Shown here one piece after another: positions 11,673-22,996 of a stretch of 64,000 nt of DNA. The position numbers were made by a program, and so were the translations under genes. Where the stretch lies: the NCBI GenBank assembly GCA_964016885.1, contig OZ024744.1:57474001-57538000 (forward strand), written 5' to 3'. The notes beneath the pieces were generated by a model. It made no database searches and was not told the DNA's origin. It saw nothing but the letters and a program-made list of their open reading frames with translations. This DNA comes from Eledone cirrhosa. Its lineage: Eukaryota. The first letter of the stretch is position 1, and every line of letters starts with the position of its first letter.

Positions 11673-11968
11673 TTATACTTTGGGAGGGTCATGCTGGCAA
11701 TAAAAACACATGCACCTGTTGGTTTTCATTTCCATTTATTCTAAATTTCCAGTTGGCTGGCTGGTTGGTTGGTTCAATAACCGGATGGTTGTTTATATAT
11801 TGTCAAAGCTCTTTCATCACACATTCTGTGACCTCACCTTTGACAATATATAAATAAGCATCTGATTATCGAATCAACCAACCAACTAATGGGAAATTTA
11901 TAATAAATTGTAGTGAAAACCAACAGGTACGTGTGTTTTATTGGCAGCATGACCCTCCTAAGGTATAA
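11673..11968. repeat. ~300-bp imperfect palindrome (arms ~135 bp, loop ~30 bp); foldback/MITE-like
   Basis: GGAGGGTCATGCTGGCAATAAAA...TATATATTGTCAAAG pairs with CTTTGACAATATATA...TTTTATTGGCAGCATGACCCTCC. Confidence 0.88.
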
Positions 11969-12097
11969 CAATATCTGTTTCAACACACCTTATCAGATAA
12001 GAAATCTTACAAAACCAAATTCAAAAACGAAGTATATACATATATCATCAAATATATATATATATATATATACTTATATCTATATGCATATATATAT

Positions 12098-12150
<53 letters not shown>

Positions 12151-12373
12151 AATGAGAGGTATTCAAATATATGTGTATACATACATATACATGTATATAT
12201 AAACATATATTTTTCACAAGTATGTGAGATTGTATGTTGTCGACCTTAACCAGTGTTACTCTATGATTATGAGAGACAAAATAATCGAAATAATTAAATT
12301 GACACAATATCAGAGTTATGTAAAATATTATAAAAAGGAATAGTAGATACAATATACCTATTTTTTCCTTTCG

Positions 12374-12464
12374 TCCCGACTGTACAGTTTCGCTGGTCAC
12401 TATGCAAGAATGTTATATCATAGTTATATAACATTGTTGTGAGGTAAGCCAGCTTATCAAGGGA
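12374..12464 (-). ncRNA. Type I hammerhead ribozyme with U3-A8 variant core (minus-strand copy)
   Basis: Reverse complement of 12689-12779, differing in the stem II apical loop. Confidence 0.72.
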
Positions 12465-12688
12465 GCACCTCAGGAAAGAGCCCTAACTACATACGTCCGT
12501 AGCATGCGAGAAAATCTCAGAAAGGCGGAGGGAGACTCTATCACGTGATACACCGGTCAAGAAAGGGGATTAATCCCTTGTAGCAGTGAAAATATCTCAG
12601 AAGGCGGAGGGAGATATTGATATGATACATAGGCTACAGAGGGGTGGTAAGGTTGACTAGAAGTGTATATAGTGTTTGCTTGAGGTGC

Positions 12689-12779
12689 TCCCTTGATAAG
12701 CTGGCTTACCTCACAACAATGTTATATATCTATGATATAACATTCTTGCATAGTGACCAGCGAAACTGTACAGTCGGGA
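12689..12779 (+). ncRNA. Type I hammerhead ribozyme with U3-A8 variant core
   Basis: Stem I TCCC/GGGA; core TTGATAA instead of CTGANGA; long stem II GCTGG...AATGTTATA-loop-TATAACATT...CCAGC; GAAA; palindromic stem III CTGTACAG; GUC cleavage triplet ending at 12775. Confidence 0.72.
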
Positions 12780-12826
12780 CGAAAGGATAAAAAATAGGTA
12801 TATTGTATCTACTATTCCTTTTTATA

Positions 12827-12865
<39 letters not shown>

Positions 12866-12867
<2 letters not shown>

Positions 12868-15800
12868 TTATCATCATCATCATCGTTTTATTTCCGCTTT
12901 TCCCTGCTTGCAAGGGTGAGACGGGTCTTATTCCGCACAGCATCTCTCCACTTGTCACGGTCCTTCGTCATCTCCACCGTGAGCTTCAGTGATCTGAGGT
13001 CTGTTCTCACCACCTCCACCCATCTTTTTCGTGGTCTACCTTTACCACGTCTTCCTTCAACTGGTATTTCCTGGCACTTCTTCACCTATCGGTCATCCTC
13101 CATGCGCATCACATGTCCATACCACCTCATTGACATTGCACATCCAATGGAGCATGCTTGCCTCATTTCTCTCCAGCCGTCGTATATCCTCTGCAGTTGC
13201 TGCCCATGTCTCACTACCATACAGCTCCTCACACAGGCATCATTTAACAGGCGTTTCGTACGCAGGGAGAAACCCTTCTTCATCAGCAGAGAAAGCAGCT
13301 CCCTAAACTTCTTCCAACCCATCCTTATTTTACATACTATGGCCTCAGAACACCCCCCTCCCATGCTAATCTGATCTCCTAGGTACCGGAAGCTATCCAC
13401 CACTTCTATAACACCCGCCTGCATTGGAAAAATGTGTCTATCAATGCGACTTCTACTGTCTAACACCCCTGTACATCTACTGCATACATATTTCTCCCTA
13501 CCTGTTAGTTTGCCCGCTATCCCACTACATCTCTTGTGTACCCAGGATCTGCATTGTGTGCATTTTATAGAATTTATGCCAGTTCCTTTTCTGCATATCG
13601 GACATGGCCATTTCCCTGATGGAATCAGAGTTTTGTCCTCTTTTCTACTCATCAACACTTTTCTCTTAGCTAGGTTCACTCTCAGTCCTCTTGCTTCCAA
13701 CTGCTGTTTCCATAGCCGGAATTTATTCTGTAGCTCCTCCACTGATTCTGCTATAAGAACCAGATCGTCAACATAGAGAAGTTCCCATAGACATCCAGTC
13801 TTAAACTCCCCTGTTATGGCTTGGAGGACTATAATGAACAAAAGCGGGCTGAGGACCGAACCTTGATGTACTCCTACTTGTATCTGGAATTCCTCACTAA
13901 ACTCCATTCCTACCCTGACTTTACTGAGAGTACCTCTGTACAAAGTTTGCACTGTCCTCACAAGCCATTCCGCAAAACCTAGTTTCCTTAGGGTCCATCA
14001 GATGACAGATTGGTGTACCCTATCAAAGGCCTTCTCTAGGACAACAAAGGCTAAGTATAGTGGCTTATTCTTCTCTAAGAACCTCTCTTGTAATTGTCTC
14101 ACCAAAAGAGGGCATCTGTTGTACTTTTCCGAGGCACAAAACCAAACTGCATCTCATCTAGTTTGACCCTTTCTCAAATTAGTTGTGCTAATATCCTTTC
14201 TGCCACTTTCATAAATTGATCCATCAGTTTTATAACCCCATAATTGCTCCTCTCCAGAGCATCCCCTTTACCTTTGTAGCAATTTATGAGAATACTGCTG
14301 CACCAGTCTTTGGTTATGACACCACCATAAATAGCCTGATTGATGATGCATGCAACCAGTTTAGTGCCTACGTCCCCTGATGCCTTCAGCATCTCAGCAG
14401 CTATCCCTGATGGTCCAGCAGCCTAAACCATTTTTCATTTCCTTAATCGCCTCTTGGACCCTATATCGTCAATCTCAATAGCTGGTCCCTCTGTCAGATC
14501 TACTGAGGGCAATTTCTCTCTCTCCCATTCGTTCTCCACATTCATCAGTCTCTCATAATGACATTTCCAAACCTCCTTTTGCTGATCATTCATGACACTA
14601 AGTACACCGGCATCATTCCGGACACATTTATCTCCAACAACATCCTGATTTGCATTGACACACTGCTTTGCAATGCGCAACACCGCACGCCTCTGATCTT
14701 CCCGTCGCAGAACATTGGCAAACCTCCTACTCTCAGCCTCCCTGCGTGCTAAGTACACCTGATGTCTAGCTTCTCTCTTAGCGGCTGTATATCCTCTCTA
14801 CTCCCACCCTTTATCCACGCCTTCCATGCTAGTCTTTTGTCTCTAATAGCCTTATCTACTGTGCTGTTCCACCACCAGGTCACTCTCTGTCTGGTTGGAG
14901 CTTTGCTCCAGCCACAAGTTTCATCAGTAGTCTGCAGTAAATTGTCACATAAGAAATTCCAGTTATTATCTATGTCATACAACTCTAAATTGTCTTCTTT
15001 TTCGTCATACACATCTTGAAGGGCTTTCCTAAATTTGTATTTTAGTGAAAGGTCTTTTAGCTTCCAGACCTTTCTTCTACTCACCTTCCTGTAGGTCTCA
15101 TTCCATCTCTTGCTTACTGAGATATCACTAACGACTAACCTATGCTGTGAGGTACATTCTTCCCCAGGGTATGCCTTGGTATTAGACACTATCTGCCTGT
15201 CCCGCTGCCTAACTAGCAGGAAGTCAATCTGGCTTATGTGCTCGTCTGATTTGTAGATTATTAGGTGGTTGGAAAGTTTCTGGATGTTAATGTTGCAAAT
15301 AGTCAGTGTACTTGCATCACAAAATTCCAGAAGTCTCACTCCTTCTTCATTTCTTGAGTGGTAACCGTGCCCACCATGTACCCCAGTGTAACCATCCTGG
15401 AGCTGTCCAACATGGCCATTGAAGTCCCCTACTAGCATAATGATATCTCCGTCCTCTGTCATTGCGGCTCTTTGTAAAAGTTGCTCATAAAAGCAGTCTT
15501 TTTCTTTTTGCCTAGGCCTGCTTGGGGAGCATAGGCCGAGATGATTGCCAGTAGTCTCTTACCTACAACTAATCTAAGCTTAATTATTCGATTATTAACT
15601 CGAACTACCTCTATTGTCTTATTGATCCATCTCTCAGTCAGGAAAATGCCTAGTCCCCCTAACCCATCATCCTTACCTACCCAGAAAAGCTTATAGCTAA
15701 GACGCTTGCCTACGACTAGTCTCGCAGAGGCACCTCTCCATCTCACCTCTTGCATGCAGCACACATCCACATGCCTTCTCTCCACCATCTCCACTATTTC

Positions 15801-16344
15801 AGCAGATCTACCTCCGAGAGTGCCAACATTAAGTGTTGCAACTCTGAGATGCGACGTCTTCATATTTTTCTTGTTACTATATATTTGTTGCTGTGCTCAT
15901 AATTGTTTTGGCATTGATACACTGGTTGGATGCCCTTCCTAACACCAGCACCACTTTACAGCATGGACTGAGTGCTTTTATTCGTGCCACCAGCACTAGA
16001 AAGGATATCTTACTGGACTCATGGGCCCTCTCTACCCTTCCATTTTACAACATGGTCATAACAAAAAAAAACACAAAAAAAAAACACTACTTATGTACAC
16101 TCACAGACTCACTCACACACAAACATTCATGCATACAAACACACACACACCACTCACACACACACATACACATACACATATATATATATATACTACCATC
16201 AGTACTGATACAAGATCATGTCAACCGTTGACTTTTCCAGTTCAGTTTTTATATAATAATAATAATTGTTTGCTTTACAGCAACGAGCAACGGCAATGCG
16301 CTGGGACAATCGCTGGCCCGTGCCAAGAACAGAATAGTTATTTA
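12866..16344 (-). mobile_element. Apparently full-length but disrupted RTE LINE (family A): 5' UTR, APE endonuclease, RT, PHD-like finger, (GAT)n tail
   Basis: ORF pieces 15459-15863 (TLNVGTL..VCCMQEVRW), 14749-15462 (GDFNGHVG, QIDF, QHRLV), 14435-14758, 14174-14392, 13086-13961 (GVHQGSVLSP, LLYVDD) and 12888-13085 (RRGKGRPRKRW). The 5' region is shared with the copy at 19813. Confidence 0.95.
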
Positions 16345-16508
16345 TATATAATAATAATAATAATTGTTTCTACCTTTGGCACTCTCTTTTCAAAATTTGA
16401 ATTTATGGCCATTTTGCAATGGGGGACAAGTAAACGTAAAATGTAAAATTTTAAATAGAGATTGCTCTGGAAAAATATATGGAATATTTCTGTAGCTTCC
16501 ACAGCTTT

Positions 16509-16589
<81 letters not shown>

Positions 16590-16735
16590 AAAAGGTAAAC
16601 AGAAATAACAACACAATCAGAACAGTATATGGAAGGAATATATTAGGTTAACGCTTGAAATAGCAGGAAGAGGGTATTAATGTTTCAAACGCTACTCCTT
16701 CATCAGAAGAAAGAATGAAAAATAAGATAGACACC

Positions 16736-16945
16736 ATCATCATCAATTAACAACTACTTTTCTAGTCTTGCATGGGTTGGATGGGTATTTACAAGCACAG
16801 CACCCTCCACTCATCACCTCTTCTGCGAGCTTCAGTCATTTGAGATCAGTTCTCTACACCACCACCCAGCCTTCCTTGTTTTCCCCTACTGCAGCTTCTT
16901 TCCATTGGGAATACTTGTGGCACTTCTTCACCCAGCAATCATCAA
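16736..16945 (-). mobile_element. Old RTE 3' fragment
   Basis: (CAT)n tail, then sequence resembling the family A 3' end (GAGCTTCAGT, TGGCACTTCTTCACC). Confidence 0.7.
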
Positions 16946-16962
16946 GTCTTGTCTCTGTTTTA

Positions 16963-17007
<45 letters not shown>

Positions 17008-17131
17008 ATCCCAGATTCAATCAGGGGTAACCACAGTAAGTAAGGTACTCAATACATAGCAGAGTATAAATATTTAATATAGAAATGGCTTCTACAGGAA
17101 TGATTTTCTTCGAATGAAACAGTTCTAGTCT

Positions 17132-17530
17132 GTTTAACGTCTGTCTTCCATGCTAGCATGGGTTAACTGGGTCTGTCCCACTTGAGGCAAGATTGGTCGG
17201 GTGACAGTGTCTCCTACATGACCACTTTACAGTGTGAACTGGTATACATCATCATCATCATTACCATCACTCTTTAACATACACTTTTCCCTGCTAGCAT
17301 GGGTTAGACATGTCGTCCCATTTGAGACAACCCAGATCAGGTGATCGTGTCTTGATCATACAGGACTGTTCTAGCTTGGTTTCTATGGCTGGATGCTCTT
17401 GCTAACACCAGCACATTTACAGTGTAGTCCAGGTATTTTTTGTGGTGGCACCAAAACGTCCACTTTACAGCATGGATTGGGGGCTGGAATGGGGGTATAA
17501 AGGCATGGGTGTAGGGTAGAGTGTTATGAC
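17132..17530 (-). mobile_element. Two short RTE-tail-derived (non-autonomous or truncated) copies
   Basis: TTTAACGTCTGTCTTCCATGCTAGCATGGGTTA and TTTAACATACACTTTTCCCTGCTAGCATGGGTTAG tails; GGCTGGATGCTCTTGCTAAC module. Confidence 0.7.
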
Positions 17531-17737
17531 ATGAGTGGAGTGTTAATGAGTGGGAGGTGTATGAAAGGGGGCATAACTTGTCTCTACCTGTTTTGTTGTG
17601 TCCCAATGTGCACTGGAATGATCAGTATCGATCTTAGTGCACCGAAACTGTAGTGATTTCCAGAGGTTGTCTTTCCATTTTTTACCATTGTCTTTGTCCT
17701 GTGTGCATCCTATTTTGAATATATATATAGATATATG

Positions 17738-17776
<39 letters not shown>

Positions 17777-18029
17777 AATTCACAGAAAAGCATAAATTGT
17801 TCTGTCTTTGTCTCTGTCTATTTCGTTACATTCTAATTTGCACTGGAATGAGCAGTATCAACCTTAATATACCAAACCTGTAGTGATTTTCAGAGATTGA
17901 CTGAGGAGATGGGACTGTCCATTTTTCCATTGTTTTTCCATTCTCTTTGTACTATACACGCTACTCTTTTCAATTCACATTCTAAAAACTTAGCCATGCG
18001 AGCTTTTCTTAAAACATCATATTAATGAC

Positions 18030-18866
18030 GTCACACCCAGTCCACCCAGTAAGGTGGTCACACTGAGGCCAAGAAAAAAGCATTCACTCCACCCTGTAGG
18101 GTGGTCACATTGGTACCATGATAAAAGCGCCCAGTCCACCCTGTATGGTGATTGTACTAACACCACAACAACAAAAAGCACGCAGTCCACCTTGTACAGT
18201 GATAGTGCTGACACCACAACAAAAAGTGTGTAGTCCACCCTGTATGGTGGTAGTGTTAATACCATAAAAACAAAAGAAAAGCACCCAGTCTATCCTGTAA
18301 GGTGGTCATACTGGTGCCACAACAAAAAGCATCCAGTCCATCCAGTAATGTAGTCGTATTTGTGCCATGAAAAAAGCATCAAGTCCATACTATATGGTGA
18401 TAATGCTGATAGCACTAAAACAAAAAGCACCCAGTCCACCCTGTAAGTTAGTCATACTGGTTCCACAACAGAAGCACCCAGTCCACCCTGTATGACAGTT
18501 GTGCTGGTGCCAGAGCAAAAAAAGCACCCAGTCCATCCTGTTAGGTGGTTGTTCTGGTGCCATGGAGAAAAGTACCCAGTCTAACCTGTGAAGTGATAGT
18601 AGTGGTGTTACAAAAAAAGCTCCCAGTACATGCTGCAATATGATTGGCATTAGGAAGGACATCCAATAGAAAACCAAACCCCAAACAAATCCATATGAGC
18701 TGACTAGCCTCAAAATGTGACACTCAGTCTAACAAATACAAGCATGGAAAATAAACAAACAGGTATGATGATGATGATTATGATGATGATGGTGATGATG
18801 ATGATGGTGGTGGTGATGGTGATGGTAATGATGATGATGATGATGATGATGATGATAATGATGATG
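18030..18866 (+). repeat. Minisatellite (~42-bp unit AAAAGCACCCAGTCCACCCTGT...CTGGTGCCAC, about 14 copies) grown inside an RTE-derived element with a (GAT)n tail
   Basis: Units at 18030-18640 run into TTGGCATTAGGAAGGACATCCA...AGCATGGAAAATAAAC and a long (GAT/GGT)n tract. Confidence 0.85.
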
Positions 18867-19462
18867 CATTTTTGAAGAATTAAACTACAATTATGTTGAT
18901 GAAATTATCTGTCTATTTTTGTATAAATACAGAGAAAACAAGACACTATCTGCAATATTGCAAGTTTGCACTAAAATGCTTGGATTTACTACTTGGAATC
19001 TTGTGCTTATTCCACAGATGGTATGGCGCATGCTTCTGATATTCTCAGACATGGCATCTTTAATTTAATTTTGGTAGTATATATATATATATATATAAAG
19101 ACAGAGAGAGAGAGAGAGAGAGATACATACACACATACATATATACATATATATATAAATACATTTATGTATATATGTATGTGATTTATCCAGATTACTT
19201 CCACATTGTGCACCTGCCTGTTTTTTTAATTAAAATTTTTAAGGTAATCGTAAACTATGTCAGCTACAAAGTTTTTATTAAAAAAATATAAAAAATTTGA
19301 TCGATAAAATCATCAACAAAATTAGTATTGTCTTTTTTATTGTCTGAAATAAAAACATATTTTTAAAACTTATTAAAAACCTTTGCTTTGTCTAAATTAT
19401 CAAGAATTGATTAGTATTAGCATCTTGTACAAGTTTTTCTTTTGTAAAAAAATTTAACCTAT

Positions 19463-19776
19463 TCACCACCACCACTACCACCACCACCACCACCATCACC
19501 ATCACTGACACTATCCACCACCTTCACCACCACCACTACCACCACCACCACCACCACCATCACTGGCACCATCCACCACCACCACCATCACTGACACTAT
19601 CCACCCCCACCACCTTCACCATCACTCACACCATCCACCACCATCACCACCACCATTCACCACCAACACCACCCTCACTGGCACCATCCACCACCACCAC
19701 CATCACCATCACTGACACCATCCACCACTACCACCATCACCATCACTGACACCATCCACCACCACCACCATCACCA
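19463..19776. repeat. Compound (CCA)n microsatellite with a recurrent ATCACTG(A/G)CAC(C/T)ATCC unit
   Basis: Direct inspection. Confidence 0.9.
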
Positions 19777-19812
19777 GCGATCAGGCCTTAAAAACAACTA
19801 TAATAATAATAC

Positions 19813-22529
19813 TAAATAACTATTCTGTTCTTGGCACGGGGCAGTGATTGTCCCAGCACATTGCTGGAAAAGTCAACAGTTGACATGATTTTGATTTTGT
19901 ATCAGTACTGACAGTAATATATATATATGCATATATGTATGTGTGTATGAGTGGTGTGTGTGTGTTTGTATGCATGAGTGTTGGTGTGTGCGTGGCGTGT
20001 GTGTTTGAAGTTTGTATGCATGAGTGTTGGTGTGTGAGTGAGTGTGTGTGTGTGTGTGTGCCGTCAGTGTCAATAAGTGGGGTTTTTTTTTATGACGATG
20101 CTGTAAAATGGACGGGGAGAGAGGGCCCTTGAGTCTAGTAAGACATCCTCTCTAGAGACATAAAGGAAGGTGTGGAAAAGAAAGGTCTGGAAGCTAAAAG
20201 ACCTTTCACTAAAATACAAATTTAGGAAAGCCCTTCAAGATGTGTATGACAAAAAAGATGATGATTTAGAGACGTATGACATAGATAATAACTGTAATTC
20301 CTTACGTGACATCTTACAGCAGGCTACTGATGAAACTTGTGGCTGGGGCAAAGCTCCAACCAGACAGAGAGTGACCTGGTGGTGGAACAGCACAGTAGAT
20401 AAGGCCATTAGAGACAAAGGACTAGCATGGAAGGCTTGGATAAAGGGTGGGAGTAGAGAAGGATATACAGCCGCTAAGAGAGAAGCTAGACATCAGGTGT
20501 ACTTAGCATGCAGGGAGGCAGAGAGTAGGAGGTTTGCCAATGTTCTGCGACGGGAAGATCAGAAATGTGCGGTGTTCCACATTGCAAGGCAGTGTGTCAA
20601 TGTAAATCAGGATGTTGTTGGAGATAAGTGTGTCCGGAATGATGCCGGTGTACTTAGTGTCACGAATGATCAGAAAAAGGTGGCCTGGAAATATCATTAT
20701 GAGAGACTGATGAATGTGGAGAACGAATGGGAGAGACAGAAATTACCCTCAGTAGATCCAACAGAGGGACCAGCTATTGAGATTGACGAATATAGGGTCC
20801 AAGAGGCGATTAGGGAAATGGAAAATGGTAAGGCTGCTGGACCGTCGGGGATAGCTGCTGAGATGCTGAAGGCATCAGGGGACGTAGGCACTAAACTGGT
20901 TGCATGCATCATCAATCAGGCTATTTATGGTGGTGTCATACCCAAAGACTGGTGCAGCAGTATTCTCATAAATTGCTACAAAGGTAAAGGGGATGCTTTG
21001 GAGAGGACCAATTATAGGGGTATAAAACTGATGGATCAGGTTATGAAAGTGGTAGAAAGGATATTAGCACAACCAATTAGAGAAAGGGTCAAACTAGATG
21101 AGATGCAGTTTGGTTTTGTGCCTCGGAAAAGTACAACGGATGCCCTCTTCTTAGAGAGAAAACTACAAGAGAGGTTCTTAGAGAAAAATAAGCCACTATT
21201 TTTAGCCTTTGTTGACCTGGAGAAGGCCTTTGATAGGGTACCCCAATTTGTCATCTGGTGGACCCTAAGGAAACTAGGTTGAGGAATGGCTTGTGAGGAC
21301 AGTGCAAACTTTGTACAGAGGTACTCTGTACAGAGGTACTCTGGTGGTCCCTAAGGAAACTAGGTGTTGTCAGTAAAGTCAGGGTAGGAATAGAGTTTAG
21401 TGAGGAATTCCAGATACAAGTAGGAGTACATCAAGGTTCGGTCCTCAGCCCGCTCTTGTTCATTATAGTCCTCCAAGCCATAACAGAGGAGTTTAAGACT
21501 GGATGACCATGGGAATTTCTCTATGCTGACGATCTGGTTCTTATATCAGAATCAATAGAGGAGGTCGAGATTAAATTCTGGCTATGGAAACAGCAGTTGG
21601 AAGCAAGAGGACTGAGAGTGAACCTAGCTAAGACAAAAGTGTTGATGAGTAGAAAAGAGGACAAAACTCTGATTCCATCAGGGAAATGGCCATGTTCGAT
21701 ATGCAGAAAAGGAACTGGCATAAATTCTATAAAATGCACACAATGCAGATCCTGGGTACACAAGATATGTAGTGGGATAGCAGGCAAACTAACAGGTAGG
21801 GAGAAATATGTATGGAGTAGATGCACAGAGAAATTAGACAGTAGAAGTCGCATTGATAGACACATTTTTCAAATGCAGGCGGGTGCTATAGAAGTGGTGG
21901 ATAGCTTCCGGTACCTAGAAGATCAGATTAGCATGGGAGGGAGGGGGGTGTTCCGAGGCCATAGTATCTAGAATAAGGACGGGTTGGAAGAAGTTTAGGG
22001 AGCTGCTTCCTCTGCTGACGAAGAAGGGTTTCTCCCTGCGTACGAAAAGCCGGTTATATGATGCCTGTGTGAGGAGCGCGATGCTGCATGGTAGTGAGAC
22101 ATGGGCAGCAACTGCAGAGGATATGCGATGGCTGGAGAGAAATGAGGCAAGCATGCTGTGTTGGATGTGCAATGTCAATGTGCGTGAACGATCCAGCATG
22201 AATGTGTTGAGAGAGAAACTGTGTCTGAGAGGGATAGAATGTAGTGTGCGAGAGAGGAGAATGAGGTGGTATGGACATGTGATACGCATGGAGGATGACT
22301 GATGAGTGAAGAAGTGCCAGGAAATACCAGTTGAAGACGTGGTAGAGGTAGACCACGAATAACATGGGCGGAGGTGGTGAGAACAGACCTCAGATCACTG
22401 AAGCTCACGGTGGAGATGACGAAGGACCATGACAAGTGGAGAGATGCTGTACTAAATAACACCCATCCCACCCTTGCAAGCAGGGAAAAGCGGACGTAAA
22501 ATGATGATGATGATGATGATGATGATGAT
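19813..22529 (+). mobile_element. RTE family A copy with 5' UTR retained and the endonuclease domain deleted
   Basis: 19813-20155 matches the reverse complement of ~15985-16344, then jumps into the ORF. ORFs 20170-21282 (NYRGIKL, QFGF, FVDLEKAFDRV), 21597-21971 and 22069-22302; (GAT)n tail. Confidence 0.95.
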
Positions 22530-22659
22530 TGAATGAATTTTTAGGGGTTTTTTTTTTGTATTTCATTTATAAAATATGTATGTCATGGTTAACAAATATC
22601 TTGTTTCAATGTATTTGATACAAACTACTTTTGGTTTTATGATAAAAGGCCATTTGTTT

Positions 22660-22996
22660 TTAACCACTCTGATTCCAACCCATCCCAAACCAGCTCTGGC
22701 TGTATGAAACAAGACCACTCATTCTAAAGGGTTCCTATTTAAAGTAAAATCTACTATCTTAGTAATTAAATAGTAAATGATTTCAGTAAATCTTTCCAAA
22801 TTCTTCATTAGTTAATTGAAATGTTTATATTTGTCTAATACCCTTATACAATAAATTTATTTTAAAAAACTTATGTTCCAAACATCATTGTAACAAAGTT
22901 TATTACCAAATTCCCTCAAATTCTTCATTATTTTCAAAATTATTTGAAAATTATAGGCAGTCCTTTTCATTAGAAAGCTGGTAATGGATGGATTAA
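22660..22996. mobile_element. piggyBac-like MITE (TTAA-bounded)
   Basis: TTAA at both ends; related in reverse orientation to 39447-39662. Partial copies at ~23212-23365, 40508-40790 and 57850-57990. Confidence 0.55.

Larger units (their letters stand above)
12321..12834. mobile_element. Non-coding element with ~152-bp near-perfect terminal inverted repeats, each holding a hammerhead; probably a Penelope-like terminal-repeat derivative
   Basis: 12321-12472 is the reverse complement of 12681-12834. The interior holds a direct repeat ATCTCAGAA(A)GGCGGAGGGAGA twice. Confidence 0.8.

Noticed and set aside
16230-16344. HDV-like ribozyme at the RTE 5' end (known for some RTE elements)
   Set aside because: I could not build the nested double pseudoknot by eye (no P1.1 or J4/2 match). 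A descriptor search on the family consensus would settle it.
16670-16712. Minus-strand CTGATGA...GAAAC hammerhead-like motif
   Set aside because: Stems I and II do not pair convincingly; at most a decayed relic.
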